Shown here: positions 17,612 through 31,687 of the stretch, piece by piece
Layout of the letters: each line of letters starts with the position of its first letter
How positions within the stretch are numbered: the first letter of the stretch is position 1
Origin: an uncultured Bacteroidaceae bacterium
GTDB taxonomy: Bacteria > Bacteroidota > Bacteroidia > Bacteroidales > JAADGE01
DNA: 64,000 bases
Reading direction: 5' to 3'
NCBI GenBank assembly: GCA_964472505.1
Contig: CAYYQW010000013.1
Location: 247 to 64,246, forward strand
Position numbers and translations under genes: made by a program
The notes under the pieces: generated by a model
Databases searched by the model: none
What the model saw: only the letters and a program-made list of their open reading frames with translations
Told to the model about the DNA's origin: nothing

Positions 17612-18448
17612 TTAAGCCGTGTACTTGTCTCGAATTGATTTGATAAGCTCACAGAATTCTTTAAACTCATCTTCGGAAGGCTTATCGCCCATTTTCGAAT
17701 ATAGCTTTTCAATTTTTTTGAAATCCGTTTTTAGGTCGCTCAAGTCAACATCTTGTTCGGCTTGTTCCAGCATACGTTTCATTATATCAATTGATATGGC
17801 CTGATCTAAAATGCTTTGTGTTAAATCAGGATGTTTATCTGTTTTATAATCGGTATATGCCGTGGCAATATACTGAGCTTCTATCCAACCGCCCACCAAT
17901 ATCATGGCCATTATATCATGACGTTTATTTTCGAGAAGGTAAGCATCGGTATTCATAAAGGTTTCGTTTATTATACGAATCAGTTGTTCTTTATCAGGTT
18001 TTTGCTCGATTATGGTTTGGGCATTTTTTTCTCCTATAGCATTGGTTATGCCCAGTTCTTCTGATATGCGCTTGGTGATATCGAAATATTCTTTACTAAA
18101 TTGATTCTGTTCAAAATATCCGGCATAGCTTAGATCGGCTATATATATACCTAAATTCAGCGCCAATTTTTTATTGGTATTGTAGCGTTGGTGGTTGGAG
18201 ATCGGATTTAAAAACTCCGGATTAAAAATAAGGTTCGGATTATCAATTAGCAGCCCGGCCATATCGGACGGAGCCGGTACTGAATACATAACATTGCCGG
18301 CAAGTTGTTCCTCTGTTTCAATTTCGTCCGTAATTACCGTGCTTTCTTCTTCAGTGCCCGGATTACAATACATAAACACAGAAAAGACAATGAACAAAAG
18401 AAGTAATCTGCCGAGATTCTTTCGTAAAATAAAGTGCTTTTTGTTCAT
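17612..18448 (-). CDS. Hypothetical lipoprotein
   Basis: 278 aa with a signal peptide ending FMYC (lipobox-like). The mature part looks helical. No motif recognised. Confidence 0.65.
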   Translation of the reverse strand: MNKKHFILRKNLGRLLLLFIVFSVFMYCNPGTEEESTVITDEIETEEQLAGNVMYSVPAPSDMAGLLIDNPNLIFNPEFLNPISNHQRYNTNKKLALNLGIYIADLSYAGYFEQNQFSKEYFDITKRISEELGITNAIGEKNAQTIIEQKPDKEQLIRIINETFMNTDAYLLENKRHDIMAMILVGGWIEAQYIATAYTDYKTDKHPDLTQSILDQAISIDIMKRMLEQAEQDVDLSDLKTDFKKIEKLYSKMGDKPSEDEFKEFCELIKSIRDKYTA

Positions 18449-18507
18449 AAGTTACAATTTAATTTTATTTCTTTCAAATCTAATGCTTTTTGAATAAATT
18501 CAAAAAT

Positions 18508-19455
18508 TTAGTTTGACGAACGGAAATAATTATCCATTACATTTTGAATTCTTTCTTCCGGATTTTGTGATTTTTCAGGTATAAATTTTTCCCCGGTGAG
18601 TATTTCAAAAAGCTCTATATAACGCTCCGATACTTCTTTTGCAAATGCTTCGCTCAGCTCCGGAACAGCTTGGTTATCTTCACCTGAAAACCCCTGCTTC
18701 ATAAGATATTCACGAACAAATTCTTTTGATAATTGTCTTGGGCTTAATCCTTTTGCGAAACGCTCATTGTAATCATCAGCATAAAAATAACGGGTAGAAT
18801 CCGGTGTATGAATTTCATCTATGAGATATATTTTGCCGTCTTTTTTCCCGAATTCATATTTTGTATCTGCCATAATTAAGCCTTGATTTGCGGCAGTTTT
18901 TGATCCAAGCTGAAAAAGCTTATGAGTATATTCTTCCAATTTGGTATAATCGCTTTCACTGACTAAGCCTTGGCGAATGATTTCTTCTTTGGATATTTCT
19001 TCATCATGGCCGGTATCTGCTTTTGTAGTAGGTGTGATTATTGGTTTTTCAAAAGCTTGATGTTCTTTCATGCCCTTGGGAATAACAACACCACTCACGG
19101 ATTGTCTTCCGCCTTTGTAGGCACGCCATGCACTTCCCGTAAGATATGCACGGATAATCATCTCAACCGGAAAAGGCTTGCAATAGCGACCGACCATAAC
19201 GACCGGATCGGGATCGGCAATTTTCCAGTTTGGAACCACCGATACGCTTTCATCCAGAAATTTTTTGGCTATTTGATTTAATATTTGCCCCTTGTACGGA
19301 ATTCCGCGGTTTAATACTTTGTCAAATGCCGAAATACGGTCGCTTACCAGCATTACCAATAAGTCATTTTCCAAAAAATATACATCACGGACCTTTCCTT
19401 GGTACTTCTTTTTTAGGCCGGGAAGCGACAAATCCGATTTAAGCAGCGGCTTCAT
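18508..19455 (-). CDS. purC: Phosphoribosylaminoimidazole-succinocarboxamide (SAICAR) synthase
   Basis: Start taken at MKPLLKSD (19455). Contains [15 protein letters not shown] and [11 protein letters not shown] motifs. The 29 upstream codons of the track ORF overlap phoH and are unlikely to be translated. Confidence 0.9.
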   Translation of the reverse strand: MKPLLKSDLSLPGLKKKYQGKVRDVYFLENDLLVMLVSDRISAFDKVLNRGIPYKGQILNQIAKKFLDESVSVVPNWKIADPDPVVMVGRYCKPFPVEMIIRAYLTGSAWRAYKGGRQSVSGVVIPKGMKEHQAFEKPIITPTTKADTGHDEEISKEEIIRQGLVSESDYTKLEEYTHKLFQLGSKTAANQGLIMADTKYEFGKKDGKIYLIDEIHTPDSTRYFYADDYNERFAKGLSPRQLSKEFVREYLMKQGFSGEDNQAVPELSEAFAKEVSERYIELFEILTGEKFIPEKSQNPEERIQNVMDNYFRSSN

Positions 19456-19474
19456 AAAATTTAATTTTAGTTTG

Positions 19475-20410
19475 TTAGTTCGTGTCTCCCTTTTCAAAAG
19501 CATTAACAATAGAAGTAACCAAGCGATGACGAATAATTTCATCCTTTGAAAATTCTATAAAAGAAATGCCTTCAATATTGTTTAACAAGTGTTTGGCTTT
19601 TACCAAGCCGGATGCACTTTTATCGGGTAAATCAATTTGCGTAATGTCACCGGTTACAAAAAATTTTGAATTTTCCCCCATACGTGTAAGGAACATTTTT
19701 ATTTGTCCGAGGGTTGTATTTTGTGCTTCATCCAGGATCACCACGGCATTATTTAATGTACGTCCGCGCATGTATGCCAGCGGAGCAATTTGGACGGTGC
19801 CGTTTTCTATGAGCGTATTTAACTTTCTTCCAGGAATCAAATCGTATAGTGCGTCGTAGAGTGCTTGCAAATATGGGTCCAGCTTCATTTTGACATCTCC
19901 GGGCAAAAAACCGAGGCTTTCTCCGGCCTCAACAGCCGGGCGGCTTAAAATAATTCTTTGTACTTGTTTTTCTTTAAGAGCTTTAACCGCCAGGGCAATG
20001 GCCATGTATGTTTTTCCCGTTCCGGCCGGTCCGGTTGCAAATAGTAAATCGTCTTTACCAAAGGCTTCGATGAGCCTCTCCTGCCCTTTGGTACGGGGTC
20101 TTATAATTTTTCCGTGATTTCCGTATATTACTACATCACTTTTATTACCGGTAGGTAAGCGTTCGTAAAATATATTATTTATATCCTCAGGTCGCAAAAG
20201 TTTATATTTACCAAGATGCTCATTCACGCTGTCATAAAAAGCCATAAAATGGGCAATTTCAGCTTCATCGCCTTTGAGCATTATCTCATCGCCTCGGTGC
20301 GAAATGATAAGTTTTGGGAAAAGTTTTTGAATGAGTTTTAAATTTTCATTTTGAACTCCCAAAAAATCTACGGGCATCTCAGTATCAACAGAAATTTTCT
20401 TTTCAATCAT
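19475..20410 (-). CDS. phoH: PhoH-family ATPase
   Basis: 311 aa with Walker A GPAGTGKT, Walker [10 protein letters not shown], and the PhoH signature [10 protein letters not shown]. Confidence 0.9.
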   Translation of the reverse strand: MIEKKISVDTEMPVDFLGVQNENLKLIQKLFPKLIISHRGDEIMLKGDEAEIAHFMAFYDSVNEHLGKYKLLRPEDINNIFYERLPTGNKSDVVIYGNHGKIIRPRTKGQERLIEAFGKDDLLFATGPAGTGKTYMAIALAVKALKEKQVQRIILSRPAVEAGESLGFLPGDVKMKLDPYLQALYDALYDLIPGRKLNTLIENGTVQIAPLAYMRGRTLNNAVVILDEAQNTTLGQIKMFLTRMGENSKFFVTGDITQIDLPDKSASGLVKAKHLLNNIEGISFIEFSKDEIIRHRLVTSIVNAFEKGDTN

Positions 20411-20497
20411 TTATTTTCTTAATTAATAATTAAGTACTTTTGCAAAGTAATAAGAATAGAATTAAAATATGATGCAAAAATAATTTTTTTTAAAGAA

Positions 20498-21304
20498 ATG
20501 AGTGTAATAACTTTAACAACTGACCGACGAAGTGATGATTTCTTTGTAGGAAGAGTAAAAGGGGAGATAGCAAAGCTGTGTCCTTCGGCGCATGTTATAG
20601 ATTTAGCTCATAATCTGCCTCACTTTAATATAGATTACGCATCATTTATAATCAGAAACAGCTACAAAAATTTTCCGGACGGAACCATACACTTTATAGG
20701 TATTGACAGCGAAGAAGGCCCGGGCCAACGACATCTCATAGCCAAAGCCTTTGACCAATACTTCATTTGTGCCGACAACGGAATTATTTCACTAATTTTT
20801 GAAGCGCATGAGGTTTCGGAATTATACCAACCGATAAGCAGTGAAAATGAAGGCCTTCCGGCTATGCTTCGCTTTGTATTGTTGGCTCAAAAAATTATTA
20901 ATGCCGTTTCGAGTGAAGAATTTTTAAAACCCGCTACAAACTACAAAAAGAAGTTAAGCTCGCGCCCGGTGCAGGAAGAAGCCCTTTTACTCGGAAAAAT
21001 TATCTATGTGGACAGCTACCAAAATGCCATAACCAATATTGACCGCAGCCTGTTTGAAGAAAGCCGAAAAGGGCGTAACTTTATAATATATGCAGGAAGC
21101 ATGTCCAATAAGATTCACGCAATTAATCAAACACATCTTGAATCACAACATGGTGAGTTGCTGGCTATATTTAACTCTATGGATTTACTCGAAATATCCA
21201 TAAATAAGGGAGCAGTTATGCGCCTGCTGAATTTGAAACTCTATACTGAAATTCGAATAGAGTTTTTTGTCCCTAAAACCAAAGACCACCCGCAATTGTT
21301 CTAA
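20498..21304 (+). CDS. SAM hydrolase / SAM-dependent halogenase family protein (DUF62, SAM hydroxide adenosyltransferase-like)
   Basis: 268 aa. The opening ITLTTD..DDFFVGRVKG and the overall layout are typical of DUF62. Confidence 0.75.
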   Translation: MSVITLTTDRRSDDFFVGRVKGEIAKLCPSAHVIDLAHNLPHFNIDYASFIIRNSYKNFPDGTIHFIGIDSEEGPGQRHLIAKAFDQYFICADNGIISLIFEAHEVSELYQPISSENEGLPAMLRFVLLAQKIINAVSSEEFLKPATNYKKKLSSRPVQEEALLLGKIIYVDSYQNAITNIDRSLFEESRKGRNFIIYAGSMSNKIHAINQTHLESQHGELLAIFNSMDLLEISINKGAVMRLLNLKLYTEIRIEFFVPKTKDHPQLF

Positions 21305-23442
21305 TTGTCTAACTCAATAACTTCTGCATTCGGATAACCCATTTTTTTAATCATCGCTAAATTATCTTCAGCTAAAGATTTTTGGGTGTATTTCCCGAAA
21401 GTATATTCAATACTTCCGTCGGGAGTTTTGGTTTTCTTTACTTGACCCTGAAAGCGGTCTAAAAATTCTTGCTCTTCGGCTTGGCTTTTATTATAATTAC
21501 CCAATACAATAGTAAAAACAGCACCACCGCTCAAAGCTTGCTTTCCCTTGGGTTTATACACATGTCCGCTTTCATCGGAAGGCACCTCATCCGTATCAAT
21601 TTCATCAACACCGACAATTTGTCCTGAGACTAAATACTCCTTCATGGGCTCATCAATAAGCGTCATTATAATTTGGTTATCGCTTTCCGGATTGGCCAAC
21701 TCAATGCCAATATTAATTCTGCTTTCACTAATCCCTTTAGATATTAAGTAAGCGGAAATTGCTTGAATACGTTTTTTTGCGCGTCGATCATCTTCATCCC
21801 CGGCAGCGGAGAGATCTATTTCGAGTGCCGGTTTTTGTTTCAAAAATGCTGTCGTTACATCCAACAACAATTCAGATTCATTGTTAAGTTTATTTTTGCC
21901 GGATTCAAATATAATTAAGTACTTCTTGTTAACATAAGCGGGCTCTACAGTCGTTAGTTCTTTCTCTGTTACATTATATTCCATTACATTATCAATGGGA
22001 GCCGGATAGCTAAATGCTTCAAAGTATGTGCCGGGTGCTTGCACATGAACAAAATACGATTCGCCGCGCTTTGATAAGATTCTGAAAGCTCCCGAAGTGT
22101 CAGGCGAAACAGTTTTATAAAGCGCCTTTGTGCTTTCTTCATATACCGTAACCGTAGGTTTTTCATCAATTTCTTCCGGGCTGTTGATATGCCCTTTTAC
22201 GGCCACATAGTAATTTATGGTGTCGGTAAAATCAATAAAATAAATGTCACTTCGTCCAAATCCTCCGCTTCGTCGTGAAGCAAAGTAAGCTCTTTCGGTA
22301 TCATCGCTGAGAAAGTAATGAATATCATCTTCAACGGAGTTTACCGGAAAACCTAAGTTTTGAACATTACTAAAATCTGAACCTCTGATCTCAGCCGAAA
22401 AAATATCAAAACCTCCGATTGAATTATGTCCTTTTGAGCTAAAATAAAAGACGCCGCTTTCATGCAAGAATGGGCTGTCGTCATCATAAGGCGTATTAAT
22501 ATCGGGTCCAAGATTTTGCGGATTGGACCATTTTTCGCCTTCTTTAGTGATCCGATATATATCGGTTCCCCCGTATCCGCCGGGCATATCGCTTGAAAAA
22601 TAAATGGTATTTCCGTCTTTACTTACAAAAAGATGGACTTCTCTGTGTGAGCTGTTAACATATTTGCCCAATTTGGCAATTCGGGTCCACCGATCACCGT
22701 CTCGTTCACTCTGGTATATATCTCCGTCACGATAAATATAAATTTTCTTGGCATCAGCAGACAGCCCGCAATTGGCATCGTTTTGCGATGTATTTATTCG
22801 GTTTCCCAAGGGTTGGGGATTTATCCAATTTCCCCGGTCATCCTTTGTTGTTATATATACATCTTCATCGTATTGCCCGTCAAGTTGTTGTTCTTCGGTT
22901 TGGTATTTCCTCCTTGAAGTAAAAATCATCACGTTTTCATCATAACTTAAAAAAGGAGAATGCTCTGAGAAATTTGAATTTATGGGTTCTCCGAAATTTC
23001 TGACTTGTATGGGACTTTCGACGTTGAGCAAAATTTTGGCATTTTCGCAGTACTCTATTTCTCGTTGAAGAATATCGACAGCTTCATAATCTTTTCTGTC
23101 CGATTCTATTTTTAATTCATTAAACAAAACCAGAGCATCGCCAAAACGCAAATTTTTGCGATATGTGCGTGCTAATTGGTACTTTGCGTCAAATGCTCCG
23201 CGTTCGTTTTCTTGCTGCGAATATAATTCGATTGCTTTTTTTAAAGGAGCAACTGCATTTTCTTTATTGTTGGCCATATTCATATAGCAATAACCCAATT
23301 TTAACAGATAATCCGGATTATTCGGGTCACTTTGCACTTTTATCTCAAATGCTTTTGAGGCTGCTATAATATTTCCCGAAAATATTAACTCTTCAGCTCT
23401 TTTGTCCGAAACTTCTTGCCCTTGGGCGAATGAAGCTCCCAA
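21301..23442 (-). CDS. TPR / PD40 (TolB-like beta-propeller) / OmpA-domain protein with a SPOR-like C-terminus; the N-terminal signal peptide is out of frame
   Basis: 713 aa from a TTG. It has TPR-like helices, repeated PD40-type motifs, an OmpA-like segment (RRAKKRIQAISAYLISKGISESRI) and a SPOR-like end. The ATG at 23483 encodes MNTRQVIFSLLVFF in another frame across a T7 run. Confidence 0.8.
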   Translation of the reverse strand: MGASFAQGQEVSDKRAEELIFSGNIIAASKAFEIKVQSDPNNPDYLLKLGYCYMNMANNKENAVAPLKKAIELYSQQENERGAFDAKYQLARTYRKNLRFGDALVLFNELKIESDRKDYEAVDILQREIEYCENAKILLNVESPIQVRNFGEPINSNFSEHSPFLSYDENVMIFTSRRKYQTEEQQLDGQYDEDVYITTKDDRGNWINPQPLGNRINTSQNDANCGLSADAKKIYIYRDGDIYQSERDGDRWTRIAKLGKYVNSSHREVHLFVSKDGNTIYFSSDMPGGYGGTDIYRITKEGEKWSNPQNLGPDINTPYDDDSPFLHESGVFYFSSKGHNSIGGFDIFSAEIRGSDFSNVQNLGFPVNSVEDDIHYFLSDDTERAYFASRRSGGFGRSDIYFIDFTDTINYYVAVKGHINSPEEIDEKPTVTVYEESTKALYKTVSPDTSGAFRILSKRGESYFVHVQAPGTYFEAFSYPAPIDNVMEYNVTEKELTTVEPAYVNKKYLIIFESGKNKLNNESELLLDVTTAFLKQKPALEIDLSAAGDEDDRRAKKRIQAISAYLISKGISESRINIGIELANPESDNQIIMTLIDEPMKEYLVSGQIVGVDEIDTDEVPSDESGHVYKPKGKQALSGGAVFTIVLGNYNKSQAEEQEFLDRFQGQVKKTKTPDGSIEYTFGKYTQKSLAEDNLAMIKKMGYPNAEVIELDN

Positions 23443-23817
23443 AAAAACACCAATAAGCTAAAAATTACTTGGCGTGTATTCATTGTCGTCTTTTCTTTTT
23501 AAAAATAAAACGTTCTATGGTGAAAATCCACAAACTAAATGCTGTATATCACCTAAATCCGTAAACAGACTATATGAAATGCAATAATCATGCACTTTTA
23601 TTGGCAACGGTCAATTTTTCTGCTGTTACGAGTTTGTGCTAAAAAAGTTGCAAATAAATTACATTTTATTGGCATGAAATAATTTTTATGTAATTTTACC
23701 TTATAAATATAAGGAATATTAAAAAATTTTGAGGTTTTTAAGTTAAATAATTACTTTCGCCAACTTAAAGATTGCATAAGCTACAATATGTTCTGAAACA
23801 ATTAAATCAACAAGGTG

Positions 23818-27607
<3,790 letters not shown>

Positions 27608-27609
27608 TT

Positions 27610-29526
27610 ATGGACAAAAACCAAGTAACAGGCCTTATATTAATCTTCCTCATTATTGTAGGATATTCCTGGTGGATGAGCCCCACCGAAGAAGAACAAA
27701 AGGCCATGGAGATGAAAAGAGATTCTGCTCAACTCGCATACAAGAAAGAACAAAGAGAAGATTCTTTGGCGCAAATACAGCGTGAAACTCAAAATACCTT
27801 TAAAAAGGACAGTATTTCGCAAGACAGTTTGAGTACCGACAGTGCTGTAAAGAAAGCACCTGCTAAGAATTTAGGCAGTTTTTCCCAAGCAGCCGACGGC
27901 GAAGAGAAAATCTATACAATCGAAAATCAAAACATAATTGTAAAGTTCAGCAATAAAGGAGCTTATCCCTTATATGCCGAATTGAAAGACTTCGAGAGTT
28001 ACGACGGCTCACCCTTGTATCTGTTTAAAGGCAAAGACAACCGCTTTGAGTTGCTTTTTAATGCCGATAATGTGGGAATAAGCACATTGGATTTGTATTT
28101 TGAGCCCGTGCAAAGTCAAACAAAACTCAATGCTTCCGAAAGTGAAAAAACCATACAATTTAGAGCTTATGCCGGAAGCAACCGATACATAGAGTTTAAA
28201 TACAGCCTAAAACCCGAAAGCCATTTGCTTGATTTTAGTATCAGCATGCACGGCATGGATGACATTATTCCGAGAAATAATCCTTATGCCAATCTCAACT
28301 GGGAATCTAAAGCCAGACGGCATGAAAAAGGAACCGACTGGGAAAACCAAAATACCACGGTATATTATAAGTATTTTGAAGACGAGGTTGATTATCTTTC
28401 CGAAACTTCGGATAAAAAAGATGAGCTTCTCAAAACACGCGTGCGCTGGATTGCATACAAAGGGCACTTCTTTACCTCAGCATTGATAGCAGAAGAAGCT
28501 TTTCAGTCAGCCGAAATCAGATATGAAAAAGATGAAGCCCAGGAAATATACCTTAAAGAGTTTTATTCATCCATTGACGCTGAATATAGTCAAATGACCG
28601 AAAAGCCAATGAAAATGGCTTACTATTTTGGTCCGAATGATTATGATATTCTGAGCGACGTAAAATTGAAAGAGGACGATAAATTAAATCTGAAACGAAT
28701 TATCCCGCTTGGCTGGTCCGTATTCAGATGGATAAATCAATTTATTGTTATTCCGCTGTTTGACTTTTTAGGCTCATTTATAAGTAATTACGGAATAATT
28801 ATTCTGATAATGACCGTAATCATTAAGTTGGTACTTTTTCCGCTGACTTATAAATCTTATGTGTCATCGGCTAAAATGCGTGTACTGAAACCGCAAATAG
28901 ACGAGATAAATAAAAAAATCCCAAAAGACAAAGCCATGGAGCGCCAGCAAGCCACCATGGGTCTATACAAAAAGGCAGGAGTTAATCCCATGGGCGGTTG
29001 TTTGCCCATGCTTATTCAATTCCCGTTTCTTATTGCCATGTTCCGATTTTTTCCGGCCTCTATTGAACTTCGGCAAAAAAGTTTCTTGTGGGCAGACGAT
29101 CTTTCTACTTATGACTCAATCTGGACATTCCCCGGAGGGTTTGAAATTCCCTTCTACGGTGATCACATAAGCTTGTTTACTTTACTTATGGCCGGAGCGT
29201 TGATGCTCAGTACGCTGTTAAATCAAAACCAAATGAGCGGCGGATCGGCACAGATGCCGGGCATGAAAATGATGATGTATATTATGCCCCTTATGATGTT
29301 GTTCTGGTTTAATAATTATTCGGCCGGTTTAAGTTATTATTACTTCCTGTCAAATGTTATAACCATCGGGCAAACCTTAGTCATCAGACGCATGATAGAT
29401 GAAGATAAGCTTTTAAGAAAGCTTAATGAAAATAAAAAGAAACCCAAAAAACGATCAAAATTCCAAGAGCGCTTAGAAAAAATGGCTAAGGAAAAAGAGC
29501 GTATGAATAAAAATAAGAAAAAATAA
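27610..29526 (+). CDS. yidC: Membrane protein insertase YidC (long Bacteroidota form)
   Basis: 638 aa with an N-terminal TM, a large periplasmic domain, a C-terminal 60-kDa insertase core (GGCLPMLIQFPFLIAM) and a basic tail. Confidence 0.93.
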   Translation: MDKNQVTGLILIFLIIVGYSWWMSPTEEEQKAMEMKRDSAQLAYKKEQREDSLAQIQRETQNTFKKDSISQDSLSTDSAVKKAPAKNLGSFSQAADGEEKIYTIENQNIIVKFSNKGAYPLYAELKDFESYDGSPLYLFKGKDNRFELLFNADNVGISTLDLYFEPVQSQTKLNASESEKTIQFRAYAGSNRYIEFKYSLKPESHLLDFSISMHGMDDIIPRNNPYANLNWESKARRHEKGTDWENQNTTVYYKYFEDEVDYLSETSDKKDELLKTRVRWIAYKGHFFTSALIAEEAFQSAEIRYEKDEAQEIYLKEFYSSIDAEYSQMTEKPMKMAYYFGPNDYDILSDVKLKEDDKLNLKRIIPLGWSVFRWINQFIVIPLFDFLGSFISNYGIIILIMTVIIKLVLFPLTYKSYVSSAKMRVLKPQIDEINKKIPKDKAMERQQATMGLYKKAGVNPMGGCLPMLIQFPFLIAMFRFFPASIELRQKSFLWADDLSTYDSIWTFPGGFEIPFYGDHISLFTLLMAGALMLSTLLNQNQMSGGSAQMPGMKMMMYIMPLMMLFWFNNYSAGLSYYYFLSNVITIGQTLVIRRMIDEDKLLRKLNENKKKPKKRSKFQERLEKMAKEKERMNKNKKK

Positions 29527-29542
29527 TTATACCCAAATAACG

Positions 29543-29584
29543 CATTGCCCGGAATACTTTTGTATACCGGGTAATGTATTTTTT
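29543..29584 (+). terminator. Intrinsic terminator after yidC
   Basis: Stem CATTGCCCGGAATAC / GTATACCGGGTAATG (13 of 15 paired) with loop TTTT, followed by a T-run at 29579-29584. Confidence 0.65.
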
Positions 29585-29748
29585 AAAATAACATTTAGAC
29601 TACCGGACAAGCTTTGTAGCAATGTATTTCATCATTTGCCGATGCTTTACAAAGCAACTTGCAGCAATTATATCAAAAACATCATATGAATCCGGAAACT
29701 TAATCACTACATTTTTCGTACATTAGCAGATACATTAATTTTTTTATT

Positions 29749-30177
29749 ATGATAAAATCACTACTCATTTTTACAAGTCTGAGCATAGCATTATTAATTG
29801 CCCTGCCGGCACAGGCTGAAGCACAAAGCTTTCAAGCAAAGATGCACAGCGTTTCATATTTTTCGAAAAGTTCCGGCTGCAGCAGCTCGGAAACAATTTT
29901 AGTTAGGGTGAAATATACAGTCAGCTCATATAAGCCCAATGAGCTTGTCATTGCGCATCAATATGCCAACGGAGTACAAATAAGTGCTAATGTCGAAAAA
30001 ATTGATAAAAAAGGTCATATTGTGTATGATTTTTGCATAGATAAAAATCATATAGAAGAAATTTATACAACATTTAAGACAGAAAGAGGAGTTGTATCAA
30101 ATAAAATTAAAATAATAATAAATGCTCAACAAGCTACTATAGTATCAGGAACTCCGCCAAAAACACTTCGCCTGTAA
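29749..30177 (+). CDS. Small hypothetical secreted protein
   Basis: 142 aa with a clear signal peptide (ALPAQAEAQ). No motif recognised. Confidence 0.6.
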   Translation: MIKSLLIFTSLSIALLIALPAQAEAQSFQAKMHSVSYFSKSSGCSSSETILVRVKYTVSSYKPNELVIAHQYANGVQISANVEKIDKKGHIVYDFCIDKNHIEEIYTTFKTERGVVSNKIKIIINAQQATIVSGTPPKTLRL

Positions 30178-30207
30178 TTATAAGAATAATTTATAAAACA
30201 AAACTCT

Positions 30208-30621
30208 ATGGATCCGGTTATTTTTAAAAATCAATTTGGCAGTGTAACGCACTTGAAAGACAGCAATACCCTTTTTATAAAATGGTGCGATAATGATGCC
30301 CCCATGAGCTTAGAAGAATATAAAAAACCATTTCTTAAAACTTTGGAATACCAAGTAGGTCTTCAGAAAAAAGCGGATAATTTTTTGTCGGATATTCGGG
30401 ACCAACAAACCGTTTCACCCAAATATCAAAAATGGTTGCAAACTGAAATTTTGGCAAAAGCTTCCGATTTAGATATCAAGCATATTGGTATTATATTATC
30501 TGCCAATGCTTTTAAACGTTTTTATATCAACAAAGTAATAAAGTATATTACAGGAGCAAATATCCCGGTTAAAACTTTCAATAATTATGAGGAAGCAATA
30601 AAATGGTTTATATCCTTCTAA
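30208..30621 (+). CDS. Hypothetical protein, possibly SpoIIAA-like/STAS fold (paralogue 1)
   Basis: 137 aa. It is collinear with the ORF at 30811-31218 (shared SPKYQKW/SPKYRKW, FKR(F/Y)YIN, and an (E/D)EA(I/K)(K/E)WF end). The fold assignment is my guess from the pattern. Confidence 0.6.
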   Translation: MDPVIFKNQFGSVTHLKDSNTLFIKWCDNDAPMSLEEYKKPFLKTLEYQVGLQKKADNFLSDIRDQQTVSPKYQKWLQTEILAKASDLDIKHIGIILSANAFKRFYINKVIKYITGANIPVKTFNNYEEAIKWFISF

Positions 30622-30810
30622 ACAAATCAGTCTTCCTAATTCTCTAAGCACTAACTTAGCCTGCAAAAAACAGCTGATTTAATATCAATTATGTTTTGCA
30701 ATATTTTCGTATATTCTTCGTATAAAAACATAGCGGTGTAGCTATATTTTTATATCGTGAAACACAAAATGGAGTGAACTAACAATTATGAACGTAAAAA
30801 ATTAGCAGTT

Positions 30811-31218
30811 ATGGAACAAATATTTGAAACAGATTGGGCAAAAGCCGATTATTATCCGGAAAGACAATTAGTTATTGTAACTTGGAAAGACAAAGACAGA
30901 GTATTAACTTTTGATGAATATAAGTATCCTTTTGAAAGAAGTCTTGAATTCCAGATTGAAAAGAAATTTGAAGTTCGATATTTTATATCCGATACCCGAA
31001 ATCAAGGAACCATATCACCAAAATACAGAAAATGGTTTCAAGATGTGGCAGCTCCGAAAGCTCAAAGTCAAGGTTTGAGAAAAGGAGCTGTGGTTATGAA
31101 TACAAATGTTTTCAAACGCTATTATATTAACCACATTATGAAAACTCTCAACACCTTAGGAATGCCCTTTAAAGCTTTCAAAAATTTAGATGAAGCCAAA
31201 GAATGGTTCAAGGAATAA
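30811..31218 (+). CDS. Hypothetical protein, possibly SpoIIAA-like/STAS fold (paralogue 2)
   Basis: 135 aa, a tandem paralogue of 30208-30621. Confidence 0.6.
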   Translation: MEQIFETDWAKADYYPERQLVIVTWKDKDRVLTFDEYKYPFERSLEFQIEKKFEVRYFISDTRNQGTISPKYRKWFQDVAAPKAQSQGLRKGAVVMNTNVFKRYYINHIMKTLNTLGMPFKAFKNLDEAKEWFKE

Positions 31219-31237
31219 TTGTCAATATTCACTAACA

Positions 31238-31687
31238 TTACTTCATGGCCTCAAAAAGTTGATAATGATCGCCGTTCATGCCTATGTTTTCATAGACTTT
31301 ACGAGCTCGCGAGTTGGTTAAGTTAACATATAAACGAATGCCGCCCACATCGGAGCGAGCTTCGGAAAGTTTTGTTATGTGCCGATACATGCTTTGGAAA
31401 ATTCCTTTTCTGCGAAATTCGGGCAACACATAAACCGATTGAATCCACCATACCCATGCATTGCGCCAATCGCTCCATTCATAGGTTATTAAGAGCGAGG
31501 CAACTGTTTTATTATCAAAATCGGCTAAGTAATAAACCCCTTTTCCCGGATCATCAAAAACGGCTTTCACGCCTTTGCTAACAAGAGATTTGTCGAGTTC
31601 TAACTTCTCGGTTTCCTTTGCCATTTTAAGTTGAAAATCAATAATGAGCTCTGCATCTTCTTTTTGGGCCTGTCTAATTTTTGGCAT
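31238..31687 (-). CDS. GNAT family N-acetyltransferase
   Basis: 149 aa with an acetyl-CoA binding region VLPEFRRKGIFQSMY. It overlaps the aroC stop by 14 nt. Confidence 0.8.
   Translation of the reverse strand: MPKIRQAQKEDAELIIDFQLKMAKETEKLELDKSLVSKGVKAVFDDPGKGVYYLADFDNKTVASLLITYEWSDWRNAWVWWIQSVYVLPEFRRKGIFQSMYRHITKLSEARSDVGGIRLYVNLTNSRARKVYENIGMNGDHYQLFEAMK

Noticed and set aside
30757-30769. The 13-mer GTGAAACACAAAA shared by two intergenic regions (30757-30769 and 42829-42841), with a related CGTGAAACACA on the minus strand near 4141-4157, considered as a possible regulator binding site.
   Set aside because: A single 13-mer match is about what chance predicts for this amount of AT-rich sequence. 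It has no dyad symmetry and no consistent position relative to start codons.
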